From Catajapyx aquilonaris (Eukaryota): DNA of 64,000 bases. A program made the translations under genes and the position numbers. The notes under the pieces were generated by a model. That model made no database searches. It saw nothing but the letters and a program-made list of their open reading frames with translations, and was not told the origin of the DNA. Shown in pieces: positions 1-14,238 of the stretch (position 1 is its first letter; each line of letters starts with the position of its first letter). The stretch covers positions 62,001 to 126,000 of the forward strand of contig KZ538034.1 of NCBI GenBank assembly GCA_000934665.2, read 5' to 3'.

Positions 1-126
1 GGCAACCATCAGCACTCTGTATAGGGAATAGTGCTGATGATCGATACATTTGGATAATTTCAACATTCTCTCTCACTAATTTGCCTATCGCCTTCTGTGT
101 GAATCCTTTAGTTGGATTTACAGTAC

Positions 127-3100
127 CTTAGGATCAAGATGGTTTCCATCTTTGTAGAAGTACCAGATCAATGTGTCGTTGCTGTAGGAGACAGTGTAGG
201 AGGTCACCCACTGACGTCGACCAGAATCTCCCCTGCCTTTGGTCATAAGACCAGTGACCAGAACTGGAGGGCCCAAGTCAAACTGGAGCCACTGATGCCC
301 TGTTTTGTAAACATCCACATTAATACAATCGACAGAAAATTATTGGCTACTATTATTGTCACTCATGATTGTTAAAAACATAAATCCAAATCAGATAACA
401 TTCGCAATAATACAGTCGTCGGTATAAGTGGATCCCGTGTAATTTCTGGTGCGCCCTACTTGGCTCTGGAGAGCTTCATAGAGAGCGGTATTATGCCTCC
501 CAAATCACTGCTCCCTCGCCACCATTTAATCCCAGCCTAATCCCCGTCCAAAGACTTGGCCCGCCTAAAGATATTCCCTTTGCACTAAGTCAACACCCCA
601 ACTTAATCAAAAGTAAACCCGTCAGTTTGTCGCTCTTGCATTCTACATGAGCACCCCTCAGTCCCAATCCTTAAACGCATTTACTGCAAAATTCACGCGT
701 ATTATTATTGTGTACTCAACGAATAATATGCTTACCATTGACGTGTCTTGCACACCATGCTCGGTGCGAATAAATGTAAGCATCTTCAGGCTGGCAGGAA
801 TTTCGACGAACCCATGCTGGATGACTACTTGCGCTAATCTTGGCATTTGGAGGGATGCTCAGCAGCTCATTACACTCTGAAATCATGGGTACAAAAAAAA
901 AGAAAAAGTAGTCCGGGATCGTCCATCATACGTACGTGACATTTTCACAAACATGAGAGATCAAATGTTGACATTCATTTCCTGTGCAAGCTATGCACGA
1001 ACTCCTCTTTTCCTCTCTTGAAAAAAAAAGTCAAGGGGTTATTTGTTTGTGTCAAAATTCTTTTAGATTGATGGTGGTATAGCCTTTGGTGCTAAGAGCT
1101 CAAAAATATATATCTTAAGGTAGAATTTATTAAGAAACATTGACTCATTTTAAAATAGTCTGGTGTCATTTGAACGCATATTTAACCAACGTTTCATGGA
1201 ACTTGTTTATCACCATTAACGTTAATCCATAAACTGTCATTAGGTTCTGGAGTAGACCACCTCCTGTAAGGTATAAAACTTTGAATTATACTCATCCCCG
1301 TCCCGAAAGTCCCTTATGCAACTTTTACAATGAATAATTTTTTTCATCGTATGCATATACATATCCCCTGGACCAAACTGTTAGGTTGGAACAGGTGCAG
1401 ATAATAGACGTAGCATGTGTTCACGATCGAAACCTGCTACGTTAAATCCCAGTTTATGGGATGCAAATGCTCGTAAAGAGCGATAAAATGTGGTCCGAGA
1501 CATTTCAAATATCAACAACTAGTCCTTNTCACCCCCTCCCTTCCCCCCCCCCCCCCCCCCAAAAAAAAGAGAAAAAAGCTGGAACCAAATTTACACACTT
1601 ACACATAAAAAGGTGTGTGTTAATATGCATTAGGTAGGCTTACATTTATGGGGCAACAACCCCCAACATTTAAATTTACATGCTACATTTTTTTTCTCTC
1701 CATGTAATAAAGAATGTGGGTCGATTATTTAGTATGTTTAATTATAAAACTCGGCAACCAAGAAGGACAAGAAACGAGTCAGGAAGATGAATCTCCCTGA
1801 TATTATCCTTTTACCCCCAAGTCGATAATCGACAAGTGATGCAGCGTAATAGATTGATGATATTGAGGTAGAAGGCGGGTGGTCCCATTAATACTTGATC
1901 CTATCCATCCCTTTTTTCTCGCCTTTACAAGCCAGGCCCGAATGTTAAACACAATATTGTATACCACACACACAAAAAAACAAGCTAATTGTGTTGGTAA
2001 ATTAACCACTTAATAGCCCAATTATTATGTAAATTATTCTATGACCAGTTGGTGACTGTGCAGCTCTTAGGTTCTGGGTGTTATATAGAGAGCAGCAAAA
2101 GCTAGATGGCCCAGTGGATCTTTTCACGCCTGGAAAGGTTGGGGGAGAAAAAAAGTGCTGGGAATCAAGGAGGATGCCGTCCAATCGCTTTTCTGCGGGA
2201 ATTTGTGGCCGCCAACAGCCGCTCGTGCCGTCTTCATCTCCTCACAATTAAGAAAGCTTAGCCGAGAGATTTGGCAAAAGGGACCCAGAGAGAAGGAAGG
2301 GTTTTAAGACGTGCCCCCCTCTCTCTCCTCCAACCTCTACAACTTCCATCCTTGGCCTGGCCTAAGCCGATTACATCCGACAGAGGAACCTATGAGAAGA
2401 ACATTCGCCAATCCCTTGCTGGACTATTACTGACGCTTATTCCGTTTCAACCTTGATTCATGTACCGTCAGTTGGGCTTTTAAAATGTACTGGGCCAATA
2501 TTGACCAGAAGTTCAGACTCACTCTGTACAGTGCACCAGGCTTATATGATTGATTAGGATCAGATATCTCGTATTTCTGGAGCCATTTTGAGGTCAGGGT
2601 AGATGAGAAATGACGTGCAGCATCACCCTCCGAAATAAGATGGAACTTTTTTTTACGAGCTTCTTCCGTTGTAAATAATGTTGAATATGGCTCTGCGGGA
2701 AGGACCAAGGAGATTATAAAGAAGTGTGTGAGTTACGGCGTCACAATTGGAGAGGGAGGTGTAAGAACAGAGCCCTAACGAGCTAGAATGGGAAAAAAAC
2801 GTGGGGGGTCTCACTTCACCTTTTGACCACAATATTCAGTCCGGAATATTTTTTCAAGCCTTTCCTTGGAGAAAAAAAAAATGAAAAAAAAAGAAACTTG
2901 GTCTACCATCACGAAGCGCGGTAAGAAAAACAATAATCGCAATACCAATCGACGTGGCTTTATTTCCCTTTGACTTCAGACATATTTGCGTTGGCTCCAT
3001 CGTAAATCTTGGAAAGTGTCGATACCAACCGCATGGGGTGTGCGATATTAAGTTTTCAGTGGAACCTTTCATCAAAATTTTACAGGCCAGTATTATTCCA

Positions 3101-6100
3101 CTGGATCTTGACTTTACCGATATTTCGTGTGGATAGAGAGAGAGAGAAAAAAAAATCTGTCAAGTATACAGAGGGGTGTGGCTTGAATTATTACATGAAC
3201 TAAGCTACATAGTGAGATCCTAGCTATAGCTGCAGAGGCAGCGTCAGGAAAGGGGAAGGAAATGCATGTCGAGACTGAAGTGACAAGAGGACTCACCCTG
3301 ACAGCCCAAGATTTCGACTCTCATGCTGGGATGCTTGTGCCAGCTGAGCACGTGGATCCTTACAAATCGGACATTCACCGGTTCCTCCAGGTAGTTCAGC
3401 CGTAAAGAGTGCGAGTCCACGTTCCCTTTGAACACCTGATACATGGAGAGAGAGAGAAATGTCAACGTGAATACATGTTGTTTGAATCAAGCAATCAGCT
3501 GCAAAATATTTTAAAAAGCCTCCGTGATGTCGTGCTGATAGGAAGCAGCGTGCGCCATCTACTGATTTCCTTCCCAACTTTTGCGCAAAACGTAGTTATA
3601 AATGAATTTTTTTTACGAGCGTAACCTAGTGCGCACTCAAACTCGCGCAGGTCCATTGTTGCCAGTTACTCCTCAGGGGGCCGAATGCACACAGGTAGCC
3701 TCAAAGGTTCGTCCCAGAGACCTGGCAACGTCGCAAAAGTCGGCCATATTGTTACCCCCTCAATCGTAGCCTTGGAAATAGGTGCAGCGTTTGTTCACCA
3801 GCATACCCATTACGCAGCTTGCAAATTGCGCGAACTGTGTTGCGCATTCGGTTGAGCTCATAAGAAATCATCTTATTATATTGAATTGTACTACAGAATT
3901 TTCCATTGTTAGAAATCATTTTGGAATGTAGGTCAGGAGGTGACTGGCGGATAGGACGCAACTTGATACATCCAGGTCAGAGTTCCGTACCGGTACTCGG
4001 TGTAACTCACTTGATATGGGCTTGGAGCATGCGGCCACTTGAACCTGATCGACATGCATGCCGTCAGTCGAGAGGACAAGGTCCACTTGCAAGTGTCACT
4101 AAGGGTCATATAGCTTTGTACACCGGATGCTGCCCTTTTTTTTGTATGTGTTCAGTACGTGCTTCCAGCAGACGACAGGGCGGGATTAAAGTTACACTTA
4201 CCTTCTTCTTTCCGTACAGATCTGTGGAGAAGTCCCACTTGAAAGCGTCCTGGCTGAAGGATAAGGTGAATGATGTCACCCACTCCGGTTCGTCCCCTCG
4301 TCCTTGCGTCATTATGCCCGTCACCTGTCAAAAAAAACCACACACACTGAACCAGGCTGTAGTTTGCATTTACACCTGAGGTTTCATGCGTGGGTGGTTT
4401 CCACGTAAAAGGATGTCCAACAGCTCAAGGTGGGAGTGAAAGGAAACTGGAGGAGAGACGACGGGGGAAGACGAAGCTTGACAAACGAGCGATGACGCCC
4501 ATCCCTCATGCTCCCAATTATGGAGACAGGAGTACCCCCGATTGACAAATCCTACCTGACACCTATTAGCTTAAGTGTCAACCCAAGGATGGTGATCCCA
4601 CAGGTTCAGTCAACCCACCTCTTTCCCCCCCCCCCCTTTTCAGATGTAAATTACTGAGATTGCCATTGTTAAAAAGTACTCAACGCTGATCTTCACTTGC
4701 TGGCTGTTTTGGACAGGAGAGAAATGGGGCTGTTGTTCTCTCTAAACTTTATCTCGCTTCTCACTATACCGACAGAATGATGTTCAAACTTTCCCATGGC
4801 ACAGTTGGCGAACTATTCAAGTAGGAGTTGTATTTTTTGGGGGGTGAACCTATCTACCTTGGAAGTGACTCCCAAGTCGATGAGTAGCCACTCGGATGTG
4901 GTCTTGTGACGTGCACACCATGCGTTGGATCTGGGCTGGTGAAGTCTGGCGTACTTCATGTGACAGCCAGAATCCCAAGAAGGAGGTAGGACCGAGCTGG
5001 CCGAAATCTGCCAGTCGCGGATCTGTCCAGTCATCATCCCCAGTGGACGAGAACACGCTGAAAAACAACCAACACAAACACAAAATTTAGTCAAATCATC
5101 ACTAGAAGCTGCCACAACAACCACTCTATCAATGTGATGATTTGTAGGAAATAATAATAATAATAATTCAACATAGCAATCAAAATATGCTGTTAATTTG
5201 GAGTCTTCCAGCATATTTGGAATAATGCTTTCCCAATTCCCATCAACAGTTTGCTGCCTTCCATTAACTTTGACACCTTTTGTCTAGAGCCCTCTGTTTG
5301 TGCATTCTACGAGCGAGGCTTGCTTTATCGCTAGCAATAAACGGCAATGATTGTCAATGCCAAGTTTTTTGGCGGGAAATACTATTACGCAGCATTCCCC
5401 CCTGGAGGATCAGTACTTCAAATATGGCTGAGGCCTATCGAACCGGAACTCTCATTAACATTCAAGCCGCACTTCCCATCTTCAATAGTCTAATAAAGAT
5501 TTTTGGGTGCGGTAGATAGCTCGTTTAGAGGCCAGGTCATGGGCGCCGTTGCCAAATGGTGCTGAGGTCCCAGGTGGTGTGTTGCTTTCCAAATTGTGTG
5601 CTCCAGCAGCCAGCCAGCCACATCGTCCAATGATGGTGCCCAAGAATGTTGCTTAAATTCGTGTCCGTATGGCACCGAAGGAAATCGATATGACCGCCCT
5701 CAGCTCTTGGTCCAATTTTTATTTTACCGCAAAAATAAGAAAAAAAATTGCGCTCATATATAATTGTACGGACTTACATTGATTTCTCCGTCCCTTCCCT
5801 CAAACAGAAGTCATCTCCCAAAAGGCGGAAGAAAGTGACTTTTCAGATAGGAAAATGAATTGCCGTCACTCGCTTATTACAAACTTCCTAGTCTCCGGCT
5901 AGGCCAGATGCGGGATAAAGTCTAATTCAAAATGTGCCTCTTTCTCTCCCTCTTTTTTTTTGTGTGCCACTGTTACTTTCTTGAGGTCTAATTGCCTTTC
6001 GGCCCATCACTTACACAATCGATTTGCTTGGCGTGACATGTAATCTAACTTGGGATCTAAACGAAGTTTGGACCTAATCATGACTTTGCATTATTATAAT

Positions 6101-8237
6101 GCCATAATGGTTAGCCTGGATTTATTCATACAGTACCGTCATATTGCGATTAAAAACAATGAACAAATAACCGCGTAAATCACATATACTGGCTATTAAA
6201 ATCCATTAAGAATTCTTACGAATGCTATTATTGCACTAATATTAAAATGCAACTCCTCTTGTATAATTAACTGATGAGAATAACAATACCTGGCATAAAT
6301 CTTGTCCCTTCAGGACTCAACGATAACGAGTGTATGTACAAAGTGCGTAGGACAGTGTAGGACAGGTTTAGTTGTAAATAATGCTGCAGGTGCAAACAGG
6401 AGTGGCGCTAAGTGCTTGCATTCTTGTGTCAGGTTCCGTTGAAGTGTTGTAAGAAATATGGCCCGAAGTCTCTCTCGGGGAAGGCTATATCGAAAGGCTT
6501 GCATATACACACACGCTGCGCAGTGTGGGGCTGATGGATAGGACAGAGAGAGCGGGTTGAATTGAGGGTGTTTGCCCCGAGGCCAAGAGGCGGATAGTAG
6601 CTAGGTGATGGAGGAAGAAGCTCCAACTCTCATCTCCGGCAGATAATGAGCAGTGGCCTATCCGGTGACGCGGGTAATCACTGGTGATGAGAGACCCAAC
6701 TTTGCTGTAACAGAGAACCCAAACCTCTTTCGGGCATACTATTGATAGTCCTAGAGAGCCAAATAATTGAAGCGACTCCGTCCCAGGAAAACATTCGCAG
6801 GCTGTGCTGTAATCAAGTATGGCAGAGGTGCTTTTTTTTAAGGTTCCTTTCGTGCATTAAACTATTTAGCGAAACGAATTCGAGATGCTATAACCTTCTG
6901 AAACGACTTTAAAGGTAGCGTTTCAGGTTTAAAATATTGAGTTAGTCGCTAAATTACGCATCCAGCCAAGCTGAGCCGATGTGCTGAAGTGGAGACGCTT
7001 GGGTAATTCGTTGTCAAAGTGAATTGGCAACGACGCGACGTCAGGACTGCACGTGGTTTTCAGGTATATACCTGTGAGAGAGGGGCGTACCAGGGCTCTC
7101 ATAAATAATTCTCTAGTCTGATTCCAAACCGTGATCTATCCCCGCCCTATTAACCATCTCACGATATGAAGGTGGAGGTATTGTAACCAGATGAAGTCAG
7201 AAGGTGCGAAAAAAGTTGTGTTTGACGCCCTAGAAAAGAGCCATCCATTAGGTTTAATGCCATACTCTGGTCCCATGCAAGTCTTAACCTCTCCTACTTG
7301 TTTTCTGATCAGTTTGCTTTCACCAGAGGCTCGTATGTTACAGTGTGGCTCAGTATGATACACCGAGTAATTTTAATCGTCAATAACACTTTTTGGGAAC
7401 AAAATTGAACTTGTTTTTGGCTCATGTACTGTACATGAATGTGTGATCCATATTGTATTAGTAATTAGGCTAATTGAGCCTACAGCATGTTTCTGTTGCA
7501 AAAACATTCCAAATGCTTTCAAAAACTTCGGAAATATCTGCACCACAGACAATACCAGGTATTGTCTGTGTTCTGCACGTGCTATATTACGCCATTTTCT
7601 AGTTCCCTTGTTTCAGCTGTTATGAGATTTTTTCCCCCCAAAGTTTTGGTCTACAACGTAACCTTCAGGTGTTCTCAGCAGGTGATCAAAACATGTGATA
7701 GGATTACATTGCAAACAACAGCGGGGAATAGCTGTTAATCTTGCGATGTGCGGAGTGTCCCATTATAATCATTAAGCTCCGTGTAATTTCCCAGTATGCC
7801 AAAAAAAAATGCCAAGAATAATATTTAGCAATTAAGAAAGAGACAAGGTAATAATGGTGATGTCCAGGGACGAAACTGAACAAACCGGTATGCACTTGAC
7901 CAAAGAAACACGACAGGAGTAAGCAGGGGAGGAACAAGTAAATCAAGGTGCAGATAGTGTAATGAAGGCTGGCTAACTGAAGTGGAAAAAAATAGATAGC
8001 AGAAAGTAGATTAAGAGGAGGGGCAAAAGGATGCGTAGTTGGCAACAGCTGCAGTGTAGAAATGCGTAATTTTGATATTGTAGCCTTATTCATTGTTGAG
8101 CGTATTATGTGTAATGTTAGATAATATTATGTGCATATGTTGCAAGGAAAGACGCACTTACCAGTGCTTTGTTGAGTTACCAAGGCCAGCATGTGAAGCA
8201 CTTCCAGTAATAGTAGGAGGAACTCTTCCGGACCCAT
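127..8237 (-). CDS. Secreted discoidin (F5/8 type C) domain protein, lactadherin-like; 5' part only, continues off the left edge
   Basis: Six phase-consistent GT-AG exons: 8237-8162 (MGPEEFLLLLLEVLHMLALVTQQST, signal-peptide-like), 5057-4858 (CSRPLGMMTGQIRDWQISASS...AWCA...EWLLIDLG), 4324-4202 (VTGIMTQGRG...WVTSF), 3435-3297 (VFKGNVDS...RFVRIHVLSWHKHPSMRVEILGC), 876-736 (ECNELLSIPPNAKISASS...AWCARHVN, missed by the ORF track), 299-127 (HQWLQFDLG...WVTSYTVSYSND). About 284 aa in the window, with two tandem discoidin domains. Confidence 0.9.
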
Positions 8238-11200
8238 CTTCTGAAAGAGAAGACTAAAATGTTCATGCTAACCTGTAAAATGTACTGAAGAGTGATGTAA
8301 ATATGGTAACAAAAATTTACTGATGGTATGCGAATAACGATTTTTTTACTTTCGTCAACTCCATCTGCCATTAGGCTATAGGAAATACGTCGTCTGTAAG
8401 CTGTGGACTCCTTTCTAGATTATCATTACGGAAATTATAATGACACGCCATAAAAATTACGTAATAGCCCTACTATAAAATAAATCATCTTCTTCGACTC
8501 TTTTTGGCAGCCCATTCCAACCCAACCATTCCCGCCCCTCCTTTTATCATCATTTGGCTTCTGCTGGTTTTTGGACCAGAAGGAAGACGTCTAGCATGAA
8601 AAAGTTGGCGGCCATCTGTACAGTACATGATGCTGATGTACTCGTAAAGTGACTTGTTATGAGCTAGTTCCTACCTGAGAAGGACACAAAATCTTTATAA
8701 AAATTATTTATAATATTCCCATCCTTTCGCCCTCCTTGAACCTGACAAATTGCTGTCATTTGCAATCATTTTCCAAATGAGAAGACAACGAGACACCTTA
8801 GCGATATATTCTTCTCACATTGCAACTCATCAAGCCTGGCGCTTTCTTCACGAGAAAGCAACTCGTGGTTTCTTTAACCTGTTCTTCTACCTAATTAGGG
8901 GCCCCCAAATATTCATCTCCTTTGGAATCTCGAACAAGTACATATTTTTAGTCGTAATGATTAGTCGCTCCGACAGTTATTAGGCCCCACTTCCCGACTA
9001 GAAGTACCGGTCTGAATATTGTTACTCGCTTGTTTTTAGAGTCTATTACCATTTTATAATTGCCCTTTACAATGTTGTTGGAATTATTTACAGAGCAATT
9101 AACCTGCAACAATATTGTCGATCAGTGTGCGTACCATATCAATGGCATGTGCATTGCACCATTTTAGTGGTATTTATAAATATTATATCCTGTCAGATTT
9201 CGGCTTATTGCTAATAATTTCTAAGACGAAAATACTCTGAGTGATTTTGAATATTTCAGCGCTTCATTACTGCAAGATAGCCGTCAAGTTTTGAATCAGG
9301 GGAAATAAAAATGTTTTATTCTGATGTGTAATTGTGTGTCCGTGTCACTTCCAGTGCCATCATGTCACCAGCAGGCATCCCGTGGCTAGGACACCTGTAA
9401 TGTCAAGCGGCAGCCGCCCTGACACCTAAACGCATGAGCAACTTTGTCACCCGTCACATCGTCGCACTAAATGTTGAAAAGTCGCAGCAGATGCGCCCTG
9501 GTCAGTGGTCTTGCTGCGAGCAAATTTTTGTCAAATTTTCTAACTCAACTTCGCAATTTTAAAAATGAAATAGCTCCATGCAGGTGTAACAATCTATTTT
9601 GAGTAACTGCTAAGTGCAGTTAAGAAAAATATTGGATGAATAATATGACTAACCAGCCTTTTCTGGGAAGCGGCGTGTACTACACATTATATATTTTTTT
9701 GATGTTGTCGGCAGGCCTTTTCCACTGTTGGTGTGTATGCAGCTCACCGGACCGCCACTAAATCATTTTCCGGGAGAGCTTCCGGACTCCGGAACTGCGG
9801 CCAAACGCCTGCAAATTAATATTCTTTCAAAGGTCGCGGCTGCCAGCCAGGAAACTGGTCAGTGCATAGTACCGGTCATCACAACAATTCTTTCGCCACG
9901 TGCAACAACACGGATTAATTGGCCTATAATGACAGCATGTGTTGTTATTGTTGTTGTTGTTATAACTTTTGCAGCGTATCTCAACTGCAGTGCACGGTCC
10001 ACATACACTGTAAAGTTATGCATGAGCACAACTGGATTATACACTGCAGTACAAAGTAGGCCAGGAGAATCCCAGGTGGTGTATACCGATTCGAGCATGT
10101 GGACATGACAATATGACGCATTCATGAGATCGTTCTTGCAGAGTCAACATAATTCTTCTACAGTTCTATTTTTAATGAATGATATACAAGGCATGACTAT
10201 ACAAGTGATCATAGATGACTGCTGTTGTCTATTGTGGTAAAATTAGAGAGAAAGTTACATCATGTTGCTTTAAAAAAAACATTTTTCGTACATATTATCA
10301 TGGTAAAACCCACGCATATGCAATTATAAATTAATGAATTGAAGAAGTAACACGCATACTGAAATTAATCATTTGCTGTCATAATCAACCAGTAAGGGCC
10401 ACTGATTAATATGCAACATTTTTTTTTCTCCTCACTCAAGTATAAGAAAAGGTAAAAATTTTCTACAAGAGGCGGAAACCCTCCTTTAGAAAATTCTCCT
10501 GCCATTTCCACTGACTTAATAGGAGGAATGCTGAAAGGTAAGGCCTTAGAATATCTAATTTTTCACCCCCCTTCGCGTTTTTTTTTACTTCTTGAAGCCT
10601 CTTAATTCCTATCTAAACTGGTGTAGGCATAGTGCATCCGGAGATCGAGGAAAAAAATTATATACGTAAAAGTGGACAGAAAAAAAAGGTGGTAATCCGT
10701 TACTTTGATGTGTTCTTGGTCTGGTCGATATATCCAGGGAATGACGGACTGCTAATTACAATCACGGTCTTAGGACCTGCTGGGATGAGGAGGCAGAGCA
10801 GAAGACTCTTCTACCTTCCTCTCCATCAATGCCATTCTTTACACTGGAATCACTTAAGGCGCATTTACATCGCCGTTTCCGCTTCCTGCCGAGCCTGATT
10901 GCAGCCTATTCTTCACTTTGACTCCGAAAAAAGTCGACTTATGACCCGGCTTGTCCATCGATCTTTTTTTTTTTTTAACGGAGAGTTGTCATGTACGATG
11001 TACTTGTCTCTAGAATTGTTCTGGAGTAGTCGGTATAGAAATGTGCATTACCTGTCCAAAAAATGTTACACCCTTTTGTTTTAATAATGTGGAGAAAAAG
11101 GACAGCATTTTCATACGGTGAAGATTGCATTAATTTTCATCAACTTCATGGTGGATTCGCTGTTGATTTTATTGTTGCGAAGCAATAAAAATTGATTGAT

Positions 11201-12667
11201 TTTGGCCCGTATCTATCTCACACTACTGTTAATTATTAATCAAACAATATTTTGTATTCCATATACGTATACTGCACTGTGAAATGATCTTCGTACATCA
11301 TGTATATAGGCAAATGAACCCAAGGCAAACCTTATTATTTCGTGCAGCCAGCTTTCTTTTTAAAGCTGTGATAACACAAGAAAAGTGACGTATGAACGAC
11401 AGTGGTTGGGATGAGGTGTCATAAAGCGGATCGGAAGGGAATGGATTTGATCATGGCAGGAAGTGCATCTCAGCTGTTTGATAGCCTCGCTTCCTTTAGT
11501 CGGCAAGTGGAAAACAGTCACGACGATCCCTTCTTCACTGCGATGCTCAATTAAGATAGGCCCCTTCAACCCTTTTTCGTTCTCTCAAGATTCGTTTCAT
11601 GTGATGGAAAGAAGAAGGGAAACATCAGCAGCTCCTCGAACTTTTTTAGTCTATTCTGGTAGTCATATTTTCAAAACATCTCCTCTATTTGGATAGAGTC
11701 AGATTTGAGCTTTTGCATAATTGAAGCATTTTTTATTCTTAATATTGGAGGAAGTGGGCTATTTTTATTTGCTTTGTGTACTAGTACTGTACTGTCTATT
11801 GGCCTGAAATAGGCTGAAAAAGTGGGATTACTCTCTCCCCAACTGTAAAATTGCAACGCATTGAACTAATTTGACCAGGTTTACACCTGAATTGACTAAT
11901 TCTGCTGGTTCAAGGAACAGACAACCGACACGGAAAACTCACTACTCTTTAACCATCCATTAGTGATTAAATATCCTGTCGTGCTTTACAATCCCAGGAG
12001 CAAAGCATTACCAAAACAAAGTGAGATGGCCAAACTCTGCAGGGGTATAATTTGAATATCAGGTATATGCAAAGCGATCGGAGTCGCACTGAAATGATTT
12101 CATGCAAGTTGGATCATTAGCGTTTTTCAAAGATCTTTCTTTCAAAAAATTGATTTGATGTATGCATCATGAGAAATGATGTAATTACCAGATTATTTTT
12201 ATGTTGTACAGGATAATATAGGACGTTTCTACTCAATTTATACCAAAATATGACTAATCATTATGCCTTTCAAGTCTTCATTTGCATGCACCTCTGCCGC
12301 ATGAGACTGTGTTTCAGTCCTTAACCGCAGTCATATTCCGAATAATAAAAGCTTTGGTGCAAATAACCCATGTTTGTTCAAGTGTCTGAAAATTAATTAC
12401 CAGTGCTTCTACCCTCGCTCCTTTCTTCATGTTTCAGTACATAATTCATACCTGTCACGACCACCTGCTGTAAAATTATCACACTAATCACTCATTAAAC
12501 GAATAACATGAGCATAAGATTTTTTTAAATCCCCAGCTTCCTACATACTGATCAGGCTTTTGCGCCAAGACCGTCTGTTGTCATACGAGCGCAAGTCCAC
12601 TTGTCGCGCTTTTTCCTTCTTTTGAAACCGGTTGCTGGAGTGAACAACATAGTCCAATCTGCAAAGA

Positions 12668-12870
12668 CTAGTGAACCAATTTGGCAAAACCTGTAATCAC
12701 ATCAGTATGACAATGAAAATCAACCAACTTTAATGAGATGGCCCGCCGATTAACCACTTAGTACTATTCTTCACGCATAGATGGCGTATATTCCCTTTGC
12801 ACACTCCTGCCACACTCATATCGTGTGAGAGATAGTGTTACTATCACGTCGGACAAACAAAGCCTGTTAG
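12668..12870. repeat. Dispersed repeat, copy 1 (similar to 31272-31500)
   Basis: Shares colinear blocks with 31.3 kb: aatttggcaaa, aatcaa(c/a)caactttaatgag(a/g)tggcccgc, agtactatt(c/a)ttcac(g/t)catagatgg, cacactca(t/g)atc(g/a)tg(t/c)gagag(a/g)tagtg. Boundaries are approximate. Confidence 0.7.
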
Positions 12871-14175
12871 GATGGAAATGTCTCTGACCCGCTCGGTTGT
12901 TTGGTCCGAGTACAGCTCGATGCCTGCTGTGGTCAGATGGTCCAAGGCTGTGTGGCGTTGTGAGCACCTGAGACTCGAGCAAGGAAGACGGTGGTCAGCA
13001 TCAGTGAGTCGGAGGCGAAGATTGGTTTGGGTGGCGGCGATGCTGAGGTGATGAAGATGGTGCTGCAGCTGGTCCCTAAGGTGGCCACGGGAGAAATAAG
13101 GCGATGGAGGCCTGAGGCATACGCCCCACTGCTGCTGGTGATGGGCCTCGACGTGCAGCAGGTGATGGGGCCATGGCCCCTCCTCCGACACCCCATCCTT
13201 GGCCCCCTCTCAACAAGTTCACCACTCCTGAAGAAGAAGAAAAAAAAAGTCAAGTTGCAAGCACTGCCATTATTACCATGCTGCATGGTGCTGCTGCAAT
13301 ATATGCTGCCAGCGTCAAAAATAACGAGCCGGGTTTATTTCAGTAGTAATTTGGACAGGATGATAAATTATGTAGGGTTACAGGTGGGAAGTTGGGGGTA
13401 TGGCGAGCATGGACCTTTCGTGGGCTGTGGTGGCCAGATTTTTAAAATTTGTTCTCATAAGCAGGGCACACAGTGTGTCATATTTATTGCAATCTCATCC
13501 ATACCTGGGATGGGCCTGATTTGCATCCAAGATTTTGTCCAGTGCGCTTCTGTCAGTCGGGCTCGTTATTCCTGTAGAGGTATGTTTCTAATTCCAGACT
13601 GAGAATTTAGGTTGTCTTATGGCTATAATGGCAAATCCACAGGTGTAAGCTGTTATGTTGTTCTCATTATTTAATTCAATTTATCCTCTCATTTGTACTG
13701 AACAGATGTTATTCTAGTTCGGTGTTGTGAATCAGTTTTGAAGTTTTAGAGAGAATATATGCGGTACCGTACATGTGGAATAATAATAATTGATTGAAAT
13801 TTAATGGCGTAATAGATACAGAGGATATAAAGCTGCGCCAAAGCAACGGTCAAAGATAGCCGTAGCACGGGCATGCAGTATAAGCTTACCAATAAGGTAA
13901 TGAATCAGGAGATGGATTATAAAGCCTTGTCGGAAACTTGCTATTTTTATACCATACTGTGTGTTACATGCAAAGATTTGCAATCTTTTGTAAGGAGCAT
14001 ACTACCCAGTACTACATGTCAGAAAAGTTTTGGCCAGGCGTATCCTGACCCTATATGCAACCATCAAAACGCTATTGTGTTCTCCTGATAAACTTTACCG
14101 TGGGCAAGAGCTGTTGGTTGAATAACCCCAAGAGAGCCAAAACATTTTTTAAACAAAGAGTTTGTCTCTGATTAA

Positions 14176-14238
14176 TGGTGGTCTAGTGGTAATGCCACTG
14201 GACTGATACGCAATCGGGAGGGGTCCAGAGTTCAATTC
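14176..14238 (+). mobile_element. tRNA-derived SINE-like head (Pol III A/B boxes), degenerate
   Basis: A-box-like TGGTCTAGTGG (14179-14189) and B-box-like GAGTTCAATTC (14228-14238) at tRNA-like spacing; no complete cloverleaf. Confidence 0.4.

Noticed and set aside
12991..13602. 203-aa plus-strand ORF
   Set aside because: GTG start, runs through a poly-A tract that is the minus-strand polypyrimidine tract, and has no recognisable domain.
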